A stretch of DNA of 64,000 bases from Dicyema japonicum. Lineage: Eukaryota; Animalia; Dicyemida. Of this stretch, positions 24,906 through 38,859 are shown one piece after another; position 1 is the stretch's first letter, and every line of letters begins with the position of its first letter. A program made the position numbers and the translations under genes. Below the pieces are notes generated by a model. The model had not been told where the DNA came from. It did no database searches and worked only from the letters and a program-made list of their open reading frames with translations. The stretch spans positions 1,510,133 to 1,574,132 of the forward strand of contig RDEW01000006.1 in assembly GCA_011109175.1 (NCBI GenBank). Reading direction: 5' to 3'.

Positions 24906-27140
24906 TATTGAATTATTATTAAAAAGCACTTTCACATAACCAAAAAACGTTATATTAACTAAAGTCCCGTTTGTGCCACACGTTTCAAAATTTGTTTCAC
25001 TCGGTGTCTCCATCGGCCTCTGCTTGCGCAGCTGTTCGTAGATCTTTTATGTCTTCTGCAGATTTAAGTTTTCTTCCATTGAGATCTTGTTTAGAGCCAC
25101 AGGAAGAGTAACTCTAGGCCTTCCTCTGAATCAGTGGTTTCCAACCTATTTGATACCTAAATAACCTACATCCATGTTCTTAAAGAACCTGCTTAACCGC
25201 CGAGAAGGCCGAAAGATCAAAACGAACAACGTTATGTTCGTTCCAATCATATAGAAACGTCCGGCTCCATTTGTCCGCTCGAATTTTTGGGTCAATTATG
25301 AAAACGACTGGGGATCACCGCAAGCACCGCTGGCTTTTGAGCAAATCTCTCTAGCAATCTTGAGAGGAAATAAACAAGCAGTCAGGCTGCTGTACAATTC
25401 TCGAATTATTACTTTGATATTTTTTGGTAAATAAAATTTGCTACCGAAAATGCCGTGTTCTATCAGATATGTGTTCTGTTTATAAGTTTGTGTGTGTGCG
25501 TGTATGTGATCTTGTGAGTGTCTGTTAGTCCACATTCGACAATTACTATAGGTCGACTCAAACGACGTAAAAGAAAAATATATTTCAGTTTGGCTTACCA
25601 AAAATTGTAATCTTGGTTTATTATATAAAATATACTGTCTAAATTCTAAGCCACAAGACAACAGTGAAAAAAGTGCGTCTAGAAGATAAATTCGAGATCT
25701 CGCGCTGGACCTCCCAGAATCGACTTGAAAGTAAGGATCTTTTGGATCGACTTGTTTTGGCGACATGTTTCATACTGCTAGGAGATACCTGCATGCTAGC
25801 TTATCTTATATTGCAATAAAGGACAAATGCTTTTTTTAAATATGCATGCACATCTCGTCAGATATAAAAGAACTCATGCGTTTGCGAAGTAATGTTGGTT
25901 TTGTTGACAAAATTTAGTTTCTTTTGTAATTAATCATTTTTTTGATGCCAACCAACCACTTAAAGGTACATATAGGGGTAACTTTATAATTTATTAAATA
26001 GATAGAATGTGCAGAAAAAACGCTCATTCACTTGCGGTATAATATTCTCGATGGTTAACTGTATACAGGATTTCGAAAAATTCTGTTAATTATATCCGAG
26101 GACAAATGAAAATATTTGCAAGGATGAATATAATGTATTATGTGACACATGAACATCTTGGAAAATTAGTTGAAATTCTAATAGAGGAAAACCAGACTCT
26201 TACTGCAGACAAATTCCCAATTATTGTTAGCAATACTAACCTTAAAATATAAAAAATGCTACAGTTGCCAGCTATAAACAGTATTCAATGTGTTTTCTAC
26301 AGAATTAGTAAACTAATTGATAATTTCACTTTCTTGGCTAAATTTTCTATATTCAGTGAATTAAAAAAATGACAATTCATCTTCAAACTAGTGGCTGTGG
26401 AAACATCAGGACTCATATGAAGCAGATCACTAATTCTGCTAACCGTATCGGATCGCTCATCGCAGGGAGGAAAAAAGAGAAAGGACTCATTATGCGCCTT
26501 GCAAATTTTCTGGAGGAAATACGTTCTCGATCCTGAAAGTAGCCAGTAGTTATAAGTGTTAGTTTTTATCAATATTCGAGTTACATCTAATAAAAAATAA
26601 TTAGAATGTGATGATAAACAAAATGTTTCAAAGCATTGGATGTAGGAAAATTCATAACCAGCATCATTAAATACATTATGCTCTGGGTTCGAAAATATAA
26701 TTGTTATCGTCATTTTATGATTTTATAGTTTTCATAGATCAGAAAATAACATTTTTGTGGTGTTTAGAGATCCATTAATACATTCAAGCAACAAAAACAG
26801 AAGTTATAATCTAATATAACAAGAATCATCAATAGTCATATTCATGCGATCCACCACCCTCAGTTGTTTTCAGTGATGAAAAAGGTCATTCGCTCTCTAA
26901 TCCATGGATAAGTTCGGACAACTAATAGGAATAAATTATCGGCTAATTAATGGTGGACTATTACAAGTCTTTGCTTCTGTATCCATGAGAGTTGGATATA
27001 TTTGATTACCCATTACTAAAATATATTTCTTGGAGTACCGGTTAATAAAAAACACTTCAGTTCTTATTTAAATTAAATAAATTTTCCAAAGTCCATTGGT
27101 AAACCAAATTACTAATTTATTGATCCTGACGAGTTCCATT

Positions 27141-27235
27141 GGCTTGACGAGTGAAGCCGTCATCAGTGGATATTCACTGCGGAACTGATAGTCTAAAAAG
27201 ACACACACCCAAGAAAAAGAAAACAAAGAAGGGAA
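27141..27235 (+). mobile_element. 5-prime-truncated copy of the SINE at 44011
   Basis: TTGACGAGTGAAGCCGTCATCAGTGGATATTCACTGCGGAACTG...CAAGAAAAAGAAAA matches 44122-44210. Confidence 0.7.
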
Positions 27236-27379
27236 GAGTATTCCTTAGTCCTTGATCCTCTTTCGATTAGCTATTATAACTGTTCTTTGCTTAAAATAAA
27301 GTGTGTATTCTGCCTGTGGGGATCGATAACTGATATGGCTCTTTGGAAAGTGCGAACATTATTATTTTATTAATATGAC

Positions 27380-27720
27380 GCGTTCCAACAGAACACCCAC
27401 GTAAGCACCTTGATCCAGAAAGATTTATCCGGGGAGTTGAGGTCGATTCCAGGACTCGTGACCAGGTTATAACGATGATTGACTGTCATGTGTACGAAAC
27501 ATATATATTGAAAACTCCTCGAATATCTTCCCCAACAGTCTTATATAAGTACAGAACCAACTGCCAAATTTTCCTTTGTCGATTTGGTAAGCATTAACAT
27601 AGTGCGATCAGGAATTTCCAAGAGTGAACATTCTTTGGTTTCTTTGCAAATTCTTCCAAATAACCATTGCTTGGTTAATATACTTCCGCGATTATTACTT
27701 CTTTCGTTAACTTATAATAT
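27380..27720 (-). mobile_element. Merlin (IS1016/ISXO2-like) transposase remnant
   Basis: NNRGSILTKQWLFGRICKETKECSLLEIPDRT...GSVLI.DCW...FVHMTVNH. Confidence 0.7.
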
Positions 27721-28259
27721 TAAATGTAATGTCTTTTTTTCAGTATTTTTTATGCGGAAATATCCCATTTTTTTGTAAAAATTAAGTTCTGATGGAAACA
27801 CATTGTAGCTTTATATTGCTGAATAATTTGAAATTTGTGAAGAAATAACCGGGCCTCAATGTAAAAATAATGGATCTGTCGAACGTCCTACATATTCTAG
27901 ACTTGTCTTAGTGTAAGAGCTATATTAAGGATGAATAATGCCGTAACTGCATACGATATTATGGAATCATACTTCCTCTGCTCAGGGACTTTTAAAAAAA
28001 GCCACAGGCAATTTTGCCATCGATTTAAAACATATTTAAATGGCATTAGAAAACGCAGATGATCTAGACAGTCTCTGAAAAATCGCAATCTCAAAAAGAT
28101 CACGGAGGAATCAAACAGACCGGATCATCAGGGGGTTACACAAAAGACGGAAGGATATAACTTTTTTATCGCGAATGTGTATTATAATAATTATAATAAT
28201 AATTTTTAATAATTTTTTACTCTGGAAAACCTAATTTTAATAAATAAAGCACATTATTA

Positions 28260-28975
28260 TAATGAGACACAGATACAATGGTTTGCTGTCTTTAGTCAAC
28301 CTTTTAGATGATAATACTAAGTCTACTACTACTTTTTCAAAATATCCAAAGCAACTTCCAATTAACAGATCTATGTATTATTCCTTATTTATTCAAGTTA
28401 AAATGGTTACTAATTTCATATTCCACCGAACAGGTTAGATTATTTCAATTTAACTTATTTTATTAACATATCTGTTAATCAGTAGGAGATAAAACTGCAC
28501 AACCCCGGTAAACGTGAAAGTATCTGAAACGACAACAAAGAACCAATCAAACCAAGAATCTACAAGAGTACCGGTTTCTCAGAACCCAGAGAAAATCAAG
28601 GAAAGCATTGTCAAACTATCAGAATACGAGAATAAATTAACAGATGGTGGAGGTTCAATCTAAATTCTAGATTTTAAAAATCATTATGAGGATGTTCTTC
28701 TTATTGGGGATCATATATATCCTCGCGAAAGCGACAAAGTTGAGCACATTAAAGATCATTTTTATCCTCACGAAAACCATGAGGCCGAGCACACAAAGGA
28801 TAACTTTCATTATCAAAAGAATAATAGAAATGGGCAGAGAATAGATTATGTTTATTTTCCCAATCAAAAAAACCACCATTCACTTGAAAACATTAATTAT
28901 AATGGAAGAAATGAGAACAGTGACCTAAATAAAAATGATCACAATAGCCCAATAAGTTTGAAATATTCAATAATA
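28260..28975 (+). CDS. Probable host gene encoding a low-complexity His/Asn/Glu-rich protein
   Basis: Open reading VKVSETTTKNQSNQES...NKLTDGG|DFKNHYEDVLLIGDHIYPRESDKVEHIKDHF...HENHEAEHTKDNFHYQK, joined by an 18-nt GT-AG segment. Other short GT-AG segments lie upstream; start not resolved. Confidence 0.4.
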
Positions 28976-30008
28976 TTATTAAATGTTAACTTACTGTAGG
29001 GAGATTCGTCAGATTTGTTAAATCCATTGGAAATATTTTAAAGAAACCTGCCCATCCGAATCGCTTCTCAGAGGATATAACTCACCGCACAGCTGATGAA
29101 GGTTTTGAATTTTGTGATTTTAGTTTCCTTTGTTGGAAGAGTTTATTATTGGGTAGACAATGATAGTTATTATTAGATTACTCATAACAGCAAGACTATA
29201 ACTGTTGTTTTATATTCGATATTCTCAACCTTGATCATTATATCGACTGCGATACTTTTGGTTAAGTTTCTTGGAAGGGTTGGTCACTGTGGTAAAAATT
29301 TTAGATAAAATCGAGAAAGGTTTGTTTAGACGACAGTGTTTGATCTAATTATTTATTTTAGGAATTGTTCGATCAGAAAAAACTGATTACGAATTCTAAT
29401 GATTGCTAGTCAGTCTTTAGTTAAATTGGGACTATTTTTTGGGTTAATGAGAACGCTTAAATTCTTTTTCTTAGTTTTACTTTATACTTTTATTTTGGCT
29501 AAAAAGCCGAGAGGTTACAAAAGTAAGGGTACCGATACCTACTTGTCGGAGAAATTCTGTTCTTTGCATTTTAAAGGAGTCATTAGGTCCACCTAACTCA
29601 GGAGATATCTATGTGCCATTCAATGAGGATTTCCAAATTCTCTACTTCATTAAGATGTTCTCATAATGGCGGATACTCAAAAAAGATGTCGGGAAAGGAT
29701 ACGTCCACTCCGTTCGAGGGAAATAGATAAAATCTATTCGAGATTATCTAAAGTTATTAAAAATAAAATTCTAAAAATACCAGTTTAAACTGGTTATGAA
29801 ATTGACATACTTATAATTCTCTTATTTTATTCACAATGCAAATCCTTCTCAAAATAACCTATCAACCAAATTATTTAATAATGATGATAGCACTTCATGT
29901 TGATTTATACTTTTTTAATCCATCATTTCAGCTCATTGGATGTGAACATTATCTTTCGGCCGAAATTTCCCTGTTTGACATATATTACGTTTTTAAGCTA
30001 AAAGTTAA

Positions 30009-31385
30009 ACTATTATTATTTTATTACCCCCAGGATCACTGGGTCAAAGAGAAAGAAATAAAAGTTCTCATCTAACTAAGTGATCCCAGACCGACAAAGA
30101 GAGGACGAGTCCGGTGGAGTCGAGAATCCTGAACAGCTTTTCTCATCGGACATGGCATCGGCTCAAAATTTTTGTATGATTGTAGATATTTCGATAGTGT
30201 ATGGAATAGAGGGCAGCTTGATAAACTATCCTCCTTTAAGAGTTACCGTTGTAATTCGATTAAGAAATTTTTAATGGGTTGGATTTTGTGTTCTGGTCAA
30301 TTAACCTTTTTGCAGTCTCCTCGATTGCGGATAGTTTCAATGAGAAAATCGTGAAATCTGCATTGCCCATGAAAAACATCGTTGGTCGGATAAATTGTTC
30401 ATAAATCGTGACAAGCCACCAGTTTGGTCTCTAAGTGTTTTTGAGAGCACTTTTAAAATTCTCATTTTCCTCAGAGCAGAAGTTACTATGTTCTCAACAT
30501 GTCGGATAAAGGTGAGTCCCTGATCAAAGATGACTCCCAGAATCTTCGGTGTTTTGTTAATAGGAATAGTCCAGAGGATTTGTTGCTGATATGTCGAGTC
30601 TCGCTTCGAGAGCTATAGTTCCAGCTTGTCAAGCATTTGTTGAGTGAACTGAGTCGCTGAATAAATGCTTCTGTCCTTGGAGGCAAGAATGATATCGTCG
30701 GCATAGGAGAGGATTAGACAGTTTTCATTACAGGTTTGTGGCATATCGTTTATGTAGAAGAGTTGGGGTGATAATGGGGAGCCTTGAGGGACTCCATTTG
30801 GAAATAGCGAGATTTGATTTGATGTTGTTGCAGAGTACTTGTGCTCGTCTTCATTTAGGAAGTTTCCAAGCCAAAGTTTCCAGTGCGGATGGATGTTGGT
30901 TTCAAATATTTTCTTGGTAAGGAGTTTCCTAGGGACTGAATCGAACGCTTTTGTGATGTCCACGGATATATATTACTGTCCTCTGATGGGGTTTGGGGGA
31001 GTTAAATCCTTCCGCAATGAATTGTGTAAGGGTTGTGAGGTTTGTTGTGGTCGAATGGTTACCCCGGAATCCGTGCTGGTTTAAGGTATTGAGATTGAGT
31101 CTTGTACTTTTTCCAGAACAAGCCTTTCAAGGATCCTTGATATCGGACTCAGAATAGATATTGGGCGGTAGGAAAATGGTTCATTTATTATTTTTTGGGT
31201 TTTCAAATAGGTTTGATTAGAGAGACTTTTCAATATTTCAGGGATTGTATTTGTGTTAATGGATAGGTTGAATATATGGGCTAATAGTTCCAGGGCTCGA
31301 TGGCCTAGGTGCTTCAGTTCACATGTGGTTATGTTGTCTGGTCCTTTGGCCTCTGAGTTGTTGGCTTTGGATATGGCTCTGCAAA
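30009..31385 (-). mobile_element. I/Jockey-like LINE, 5-prime truncated and internally deleted, (TAA)n tail
   Basis: DITKAFDSVPR, GVPQGSPLSPQLF and LSYADDII. Close relative of 40190-42237 in inverted orientation. Confidence 0.85.
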
Positions 31386-33549
31386 CAAGTTAAACTATTT
31401 TAAGATTTTATATAATTATTTGAAATGCAAATGCATTAAAAACAGAGAATACTGGACTTAGTTTCCTGATAAGATTAGCAATAAAAGAGAAAGAATCCGA
31501 ACAAATGTTTAAAGGTGATTCAATCTTTGATAAAGAAAGTCAAAATCAGATAGTTAAGTACCTACGCCAATGTCTATGTTTCATTCAGCCAGGCCAAATC
31601 GGAGGGTTTTTCGAGTGACTAATGGAATCTACCTGGACTTGTGAGAACGCCCAAAATTCTCAATTTGACATTTGATGACAGCCGCCTACTACATGTTATG
31701 AGGACTGAGTTGATAACTTAATCGTACTTCAGTCTTCCTTCAGATATATTAGAATATTGACTATTACTTTGATTGATGGTCAAATCATTCTATTATCTGA
31801 CCATATGTCTAATATTTAAGTATTCTAAGATAGCCTATATCATCAAAGAGGTGTAATGAACTATTGAAACGACTAAAGAGATTGGCCTCGCACTCCCAGT
31901 GGATACTTGATTGAAGATATCTCTTCCTTTAGTGGTGTCATCAGATCCAACTTAGTTAGGAGACGTCCAATGCTCGGTCGGTATTCAAAGGGATCTGTCT
32001 TTTCATTCCATCGGGAGAGTATTCGTTCTCTGACAACGAGTTCTGGCTTCTTTCTCAGTTTCCGGAAAAATGTCCTCTGAATCACTGTGCTTGGATGAGG
32101 GCTCTATGGAAGAATTAGGATCACTAGATTTAGTTTACTTTTACCCTTGGTCTTTGGAATAATTTCATTTCACTAGAAAATTATATTTCAATCATTTAGT
32201 GTTCCTTTGTCCTATTCTTTCATAGACTTATTCTCGGTTATGAAAAATATTTGGTTATAATAATTCGGAATAATTCCAAATCAGTTTCAAATGAAAAGTA
32301 GTTGATACAAATCCAGTAAAATTGGATCGATGACAAGTGAATAGTATAAAATACCGGTTCACTAGGGAGTCTTTCCTTATGTAAGCATTGTTTTTTATAA
32401 ACGTCTTAACCCAGAGGTCAATTAACGAACTCATTAAAAATCGGATTTATTTGGACTTTACTCTTGCAAACAAAACCAATCAACTATGACATCACTGCTC
32501 TCAAAAAAATCAAGTGAACAATTACCTGAACTGGTTTCTGTTATTCTTTGGTTTCCTGAAAATATTGATGAACTGTATTGTTCTAATAGACATCAGAAAA
32601 CGTGGATGAATCAATCATGGCGAGTAGAACCACGGTAATGACGTGATAAGTCCATGGAACCTGGTTACCCTTCGAACGTGCTCTCAGTGTTTTTGAAAAG
32701 TCTTCTATACAGCTTTTCCATTAATCTTCGACTGAAAAATACTTAGGTATAAAGCTAAGTAAAAAGACTATCTCCCAAAACTACAATCCGAAAATAAAAA
32801 AGCTGATGTACGCTTAGTGATCCACGCATCTGGGATTCTTCGCATTTGACGATTGACGCTATTAATGAACACTTCACTGCAGAAAAAATAAGTTAAAGAA
32901 AATTGCCCTTTTCCTTTCAATGATAAGATACATCACTGTTCTTTACTTTAATATAATGTAGTCCTGCATTACTGTGATATAAGTTTTATGATTCTCGTTA
33001 AAATACTATTATTAAAAATGAAAGTGTGCTCATTACTTTCAAAACACCGCCTATTCCTTGCAATTTTTGTCTGGTCTACCTCCTAGTTTTGCATAGAACC
33101 AAATACATCTGTCTCTGGCGTTACGTTCTTGTTAGCCACCGGTTTCTTTCACTCGAAGGGACCGAGGGTAAGTAAATAAATCCTTTTTAACTGTTAATGG
33201 TTATATTATGGACTTAATCCTCTTGTAAAAATCAATTAAACCGAAATATTTTTAAGTGCTATTCTACTAAAACGTTATTCGTGAATTTACTATAACTTTC
33301 AAACACCTCCATTGCTCTTCTGCTTTTCACCTTGGGATTGACTGCACAGTCATGTTGATAGCTACTCATCCAGGATCGACATCAGCGTGACCCACCCTTG
33401 GATAACAATTTGTCTTCAAGCCCATCGCAGCTGAAATTTGGGGGATTCTAAAATCCGAATCGCTATTCTTTTCACGTATCTCTAATCATTGATAGAAAAA
33501 AGGAAAGATAGTAGAGAAGGGAGATAGTTGGATGGGCGCATTAGATACC

Positions 33550-33900
33550 CTCTATTTAATAGACACCTTTCACTCACGTCTCAAACATATGATGACTGGC
33601 TCCCCATCAAACTCCTTGGTAGCTACAGGTTGTTCAGACGTCCACCAGGTGCCATCGATCGAAGTGTAACTACAAACCTATGAAATTCAAATCCATTTGA
33701 AAATAAGTCCCAGATGGTTTTGATTATTACTTTTTTAACTCCTAGGAAAAAAAACTTGCAAGTAACATCATCACGTGATTTTGGAGATCGTTCGTACCCA
33801 GAAACATTGAGACCACTCGCCTCCCACATAGAGAGTTTTGAGAATACCTTGTCGAAATTGAGTTGGGTCACAGTCGGGAAGCCGTAACTCAACAGGTAGA
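33550..33900 (-). mobile_element. Possible highly decayed Ty3/gypsy integrase region
   Basis: PGGRLNNL.LP resembles the PxGxLxPL motif. Heavily degraded. Confidence 0.3.
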
Positions 33901-35529
33901 AGGAAATTTGCTACATAAAGGACTGGACGTTTTTACCAAGGTCTATATGTTTCAACCACCATGGGTACTCAATACATTAATTGGTCGTTTTTAACCAAAA
34001 GATTTGTGTAATCGATGCTTCCTTGTTCCTAAACGTCCCTCCACACAAAAAAATTAGAGCCATATTGACGAAAAAAGACATTTGTCAAGCATAGGGCGGA
34101 TACTTATTGATTTACAATATTTTAAACAATGGTCGGTTCATGATGGGGGGGAATAGGTTCGTCTTCCTTCTCTCATGAGTATAGGCGAAATGACGGACTA
34201 AAACGTGGGAAATGTCCACGAAGTATCTAGACCCAGCATTGAAAGTACTTGGGGGATCAGGTGTTTGTCACTTTTCCAAATATTGTCCCGGTTTGGAAGT
34301 TATTGAACAAATTCGTCTTGCTCGGTTAAATCTTCAACACTGAGTCCTGCCTCGACGACAAGGAGTTTAATGATCACTGGTCTAGGCGGATAATGAAAAT
34401 ATCTCCAAATTCTAGGTAAACTTATACAGGAAAAAGCGAACTTATACTGATAAGTAGGTGTCCGTTTATTTATGTTGCAACGAAATTGTAGGACAGTGGT
34501 TCTGTACTACTTTCCCACGATGATGGGGTTGTCTTCTTGTTACGTCTTTTAGCCTCAGTTTTGGCGCTATCGCGATGTCTTTACCGTACGAATCAGATTT
34601 TTTGATACTGTCTTTCAAGTCCAAACAATTTTTGATTGTCTAAAAGGTTCGATTTGTAACTAATTTGGCTGTGTCGACGACATTGGTTTTGGTAGAACAT
34701 CTTGAAATGAGGGAGAAGATAATGGAACGATAGAACTTTGGAGGACCAGTGAGAGATCGGTGGGCGGTTTTGTAGGCTTCGATGTAAGGATTTTCTTCCA
34801 TAACGGGAGGATATTGTTTTTAGGAACCCATGCGTTACAGAGTGATATATGATCTATGATTTCCTTGGTGGATCCAGTGATGCAAAGGAGTCATTGAGTC
34901 GGGGTTCTGGTCACCCTAATATGAGAGACTCTAGAGGGTACTATCCCTAAACTCTCTAAATGTATTCTGTCTTACGGACACGAAGTATCTTGGGAAGAGT
35001 GGATTCAGTGGCCAGGATAGAACTTATTGTCTCGAAAAAAACTATGCCCAAATAATGGAAAAACCGTGTAATGTAGTTACTGATGATTTTAGTGATAGAA
35101 AGTTCAGGATTTGGTTCGTCGTGGTAGGAGAGGAAAGGTACCACTCACTTTTCCGTGATATATAGATTTCTGGTCTTTCCTAATGTTAGCTAATAAAATC
35201 AGCATGGTTTAGCTAATTACTTGAAAGAACCCTTAAGACATTTTCTTACAGGGGTATTGGATTCCTTCCTCGGAAATAAAATTAGATATTTTGAACTTGT
35301 AGAGTAAATTCTCCCATCAGATACTTTATTCCCCCTCCCAAATGTAGAGATTTTCAGTAAGTGGCGAATATATAAACCAAACAACATTTAGGATGACACG
35401 TGACTGGTGTAGTTATTTATATTAAGGTGACGCGTTGAGGCGACTCGGGGACACTCCCTGTTTTACTCCGTCGCGATAAATTGAGTAAATTCGAAGAAAA
35501 ATCGCAGATTGTTTTACCGTCGCCTAAAC

Positions 35530-36120
35530 GAAAATGGCCATAGTGCATATTCCCAGCAGGACGCGGCAATGCTTTCCACATGGGGTAGTATGTGGGAGGC
35601 TAAACCACGCAGAGGAAATGCGTGGAATGTCCTGTAAAGGGTCGCTCCTTTCTTGGCGGAATTTTAGATTTCTGCAAGAAATAGAGAGACATCTCCCTGA
35701 TTGGAAAACGACCGGGGTCGATAAAGTTTATAATTTTTTTATCAAAAGATGCACTTTATTGCACGAGTCTATGTGTCGTGTATTACAGAAAAGCATCACT
35801 AACGATTCCTGATTGGGCCTGCACCGGGACAACTTATTTGATCCCAGAGCTGGACAACCCTCAGTCTGCTGCAGAAAATCGACCGATAACCTGCATGCCA
35901 ACCCTGTATAAACTGATGACCAAATAGGTGGCTAATAAGGTCAGGAGCTATGTAGAAGCAAATGGGATTCTCTCCGAGGATCAGTTGGGTACTGTACGTA
36001 TGCCTGTGTGGTTCATCAGCTTTGTAGTGGCTGTGACGAATTAGTGGAGTATTCATCTGAACTTAATAGGCACCGGATAGGAGAGGTAAAACTCAAGAGG
36101 GGGATCCTTCAGGGGAATAG
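35530..36120 (+). mobile_element. R4/Dong-like non-LTR RT fragment
   Basis: LPDWKTTGVDKVYNFFIK and ENRPITCMPTLYKLMTK...GILSEDQLG. Confidence 0.7.
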
Positions 36121-36124
36121 CAAG

Positions 36125-36205
36125 TCTTCGCTGGCTGTTTGAGCGAATTTCGCTCGCAATTCTGAGAGGGAACTGCTATGCAGTGAGGGCGGCAGCTAAC
36201 TGATG
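36125..36205 (+). mobile_element. CRE-like 3-prime end fragment
   Basis: WLFERISLAILRGNCYAVRAAAN*. Confidence 0.65.
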
Positions 36206-36684
36206 TTTTGTCCTTTTTAATAAATTTCAAATTTAATAATAAAGATCAGTCGAAAAAGGTCAGTTTCAAGGTCAAGTGCTGCAACGTTTATTTTAGTGTA
36301 ACCGTAATGGCGTAGGAAATTAAACAAGTACTCGGCATTCATTTTCTCTTGCTTAAGTTTAGATTAAAATATCCCCGAGTGAACTCAAACAGCCAATATT
36401 TTTCTGAATTCTTTTCTAGATTCATGGATTCTAAGTATTATCTTCACAATCTTTATGCCATCCCGAATCCAAGCAGCGATTTTTCTGAATTTGTCCTTTT
36501 ACGCCTTTCGATTTCAGAATTCGCAAAGCATATCCATCGCTGCTATTTACCAGCTGAATTAGTGACTGTTGGGGTTTTCCTTTTCAATAAATTAATTATT
36601 TTATTTCAATCTACTGAAAATCCATTTATTATCACCCCCATCATATTCATTTGGGAGCTTCCGAAATATCCTTAAAACCAAACT

Positions 36685-36790
36685 AATTACATGGTCCCTA
36701 CATGTTGAAGGGGCAGTAAACTTATTGGCCCCAGATGGAGTAGAGTGAATGGATCTCTTTCATGTTGCATTATTAAAAACATACAGTTCA
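36685..36790 (+). mobile_element. Gypsy integrase GPY/F-domain remnant
   Basis: HGPY...FHVALLKTY. Confidence 0.45.
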
Positions 36791-37759
36791 GGTGAGCACA
36801 TGACCCGTCCTAACCGTCAATGATACTCAATATAGTAGAATGCATCAAAATGATTGAAAATGAAAAAACAATTATTCTCGAATAATTCATTATTGAGTCA
36901 AAAATAGCCCATTACTCTACGAAAGAGACATATTCTCTTAGAATTTTGAATAACAAATTAAAAGATAATGAAGCTTTAATAAAAAACAGCCAAAGCTCAA
37001 TGACCATCGTCAACATTTTCTAGTAATACAAATTTTTCTCGAATTTTTTGAGTAGAAACTTCTCCCCTTTTCATCGAAAAACTTAAAATCTTTTCTGAAG
37101 TTCCGTTTAGCAATAGTCTTCCTCAGATCAACTCCAAGAATAGGTCTAACCTGCCCAAGTAAATCATGATATATTACTCGGGACCATTTAAACGGCGAAA
37201 GCGTGAATTTTTGGTGGGATCGTTAAAATAAAATTTTGTCTCATTAAAGAGGGGATTGACATAAATAGATTCAATATCTATAACTCACTTAAAGTTACCA
37301 ATTACTGTCGGAAGGTTATTACCCTAAATTCATAAATTACATTAACCATTCTATCGCATTCTCCGTTATAATCGAGGATATTTATAGACGAATGTATTCG
37401 GTATTTGAAAAATAATATAAATCCAATTATTCGTCATATAATCTAAGCACGTGTTCACTTTTGAGTGACTTTGGTTATCCGAACATAATCTATTATTATA
37501 TTTTGTATTGAACTACTGGGACTCCATAAGATCACTGACTGACAATGATGAGGATGTCTCATGGGCAGGACATGACTGCCATAAGTACTGTGGTTAGTGT
37601 GAAAGTGCTTAATAATTACCAAGCAGAACAGATTCCAGGGACTAACGATTCAAATTCTGAATCTTTATGTAGTCAGGATAAATTATTATTAAGATAAATT
37701 TTCTACTATAAAATTTCAAGTGTTTAATAAATTATCTAAAAATTTTATTCTTGAAAAAA

Positions 37760-38520
37760 TATAATTCGCTTGTCTTTGAATTGACTTTTCATTTTCAAGT
37801 TCCAAATACTACAGTTTGATTCTAACGAAGCGATTTCTGCAACCAAGTCTATCTGTTCCACATTCACGTCGGACCGTCGTTCCAAGGATGAACCGAGTCT
37901 TTTCATTGGTCCCACTCGGATTCCAGTGACAAGGTCCCCCACTGTCCTTGGAGTCAAGTACGACAGCCTTCGCAATTTCAACTCCCATGCAACAGACATG
38001 ATTACCAGGGGCCTCCAGAAAGTTAACGTTATACGCGCCCTTGTTCGGAGGACCACGAGGAACATGGACTTTTCCGTTTCTACCCTCTACCAACAAACAA
38101 TCGCGCCTGCCATTGAGTATGCCTCCGTTGCATGGAGATTCGGGCTATCGGAGTCTATGGTCCAAAGAATCAACTCGATATACCGGAAAACAATCAGTAT
38201 GCTTTGCCCACGTAATGGATCAACAGTCGACCCACTACTCATGGAAGCTAAGATCCGTAGTCGTGGCTCCGGATTTCTTCGCGTCTGTGAGGAAGATGGA
38301 AATCCGCTTCGCCTGATCCTTCCCATGGCAAGAGAAAACCGATTGGATAAGAAATTCCCCTCCCCGATCGGATTCCTCTGCAAGACCGAGAGAAGGCTCT
38401 TCCGGAAAGTAGTGGGGACGATGGAAGATCACAGACGTCGAATGGCACAATTGATTGCGAGGACTGGGATCACTTAACTGTTTGACTCTTTTGTCTTTCT
38501 TTCTCGGTGTTCCCGGGGTT
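37760..38520 (+). mobile_element. I/Jockey-like LINE 3-prime fragment with (TAAA)n tail
   Basis: PTVLGVKYDSLRNFNSH...LYQQTIAPAIEYASVAW. The 3-prime end CTGGGATCACTTA is shared with the 42150 element. Confidence 0.75.
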
Positions 38521-38859
38521 ATTAAAATAAATAAATAAACGAAGCGATGAATACATCTCGCTCATTAGAGTTGTCAAAACGCAAACATCCGGAATCACTA
38601 GGTTTTTTCTTTATTTGCATTAATCATATAAGAATCGACAAGAGGATCTCCACTAATATTTAATTATTTTTCTTAGAAAAACAAAAATTAGATAAAATCA
38701 GTTGTATTTGAAAATCTATTTTAATGGAATATGTGATAAATATGTTTGTGTCGAATGTTATTACGATTCCATAAATTGTGGAAAATTATATCTTCAATAT
38801 TGTTGTTTCTTTAAGAAAATGTGAAATATTTGTATACAAATAAAAAACATCTCTCTCAG

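Noticed and set aside
36900-37450. Additional DDE transposase remnant
   Set aside because: Only weak partial motifs with no consistent frame or termini.
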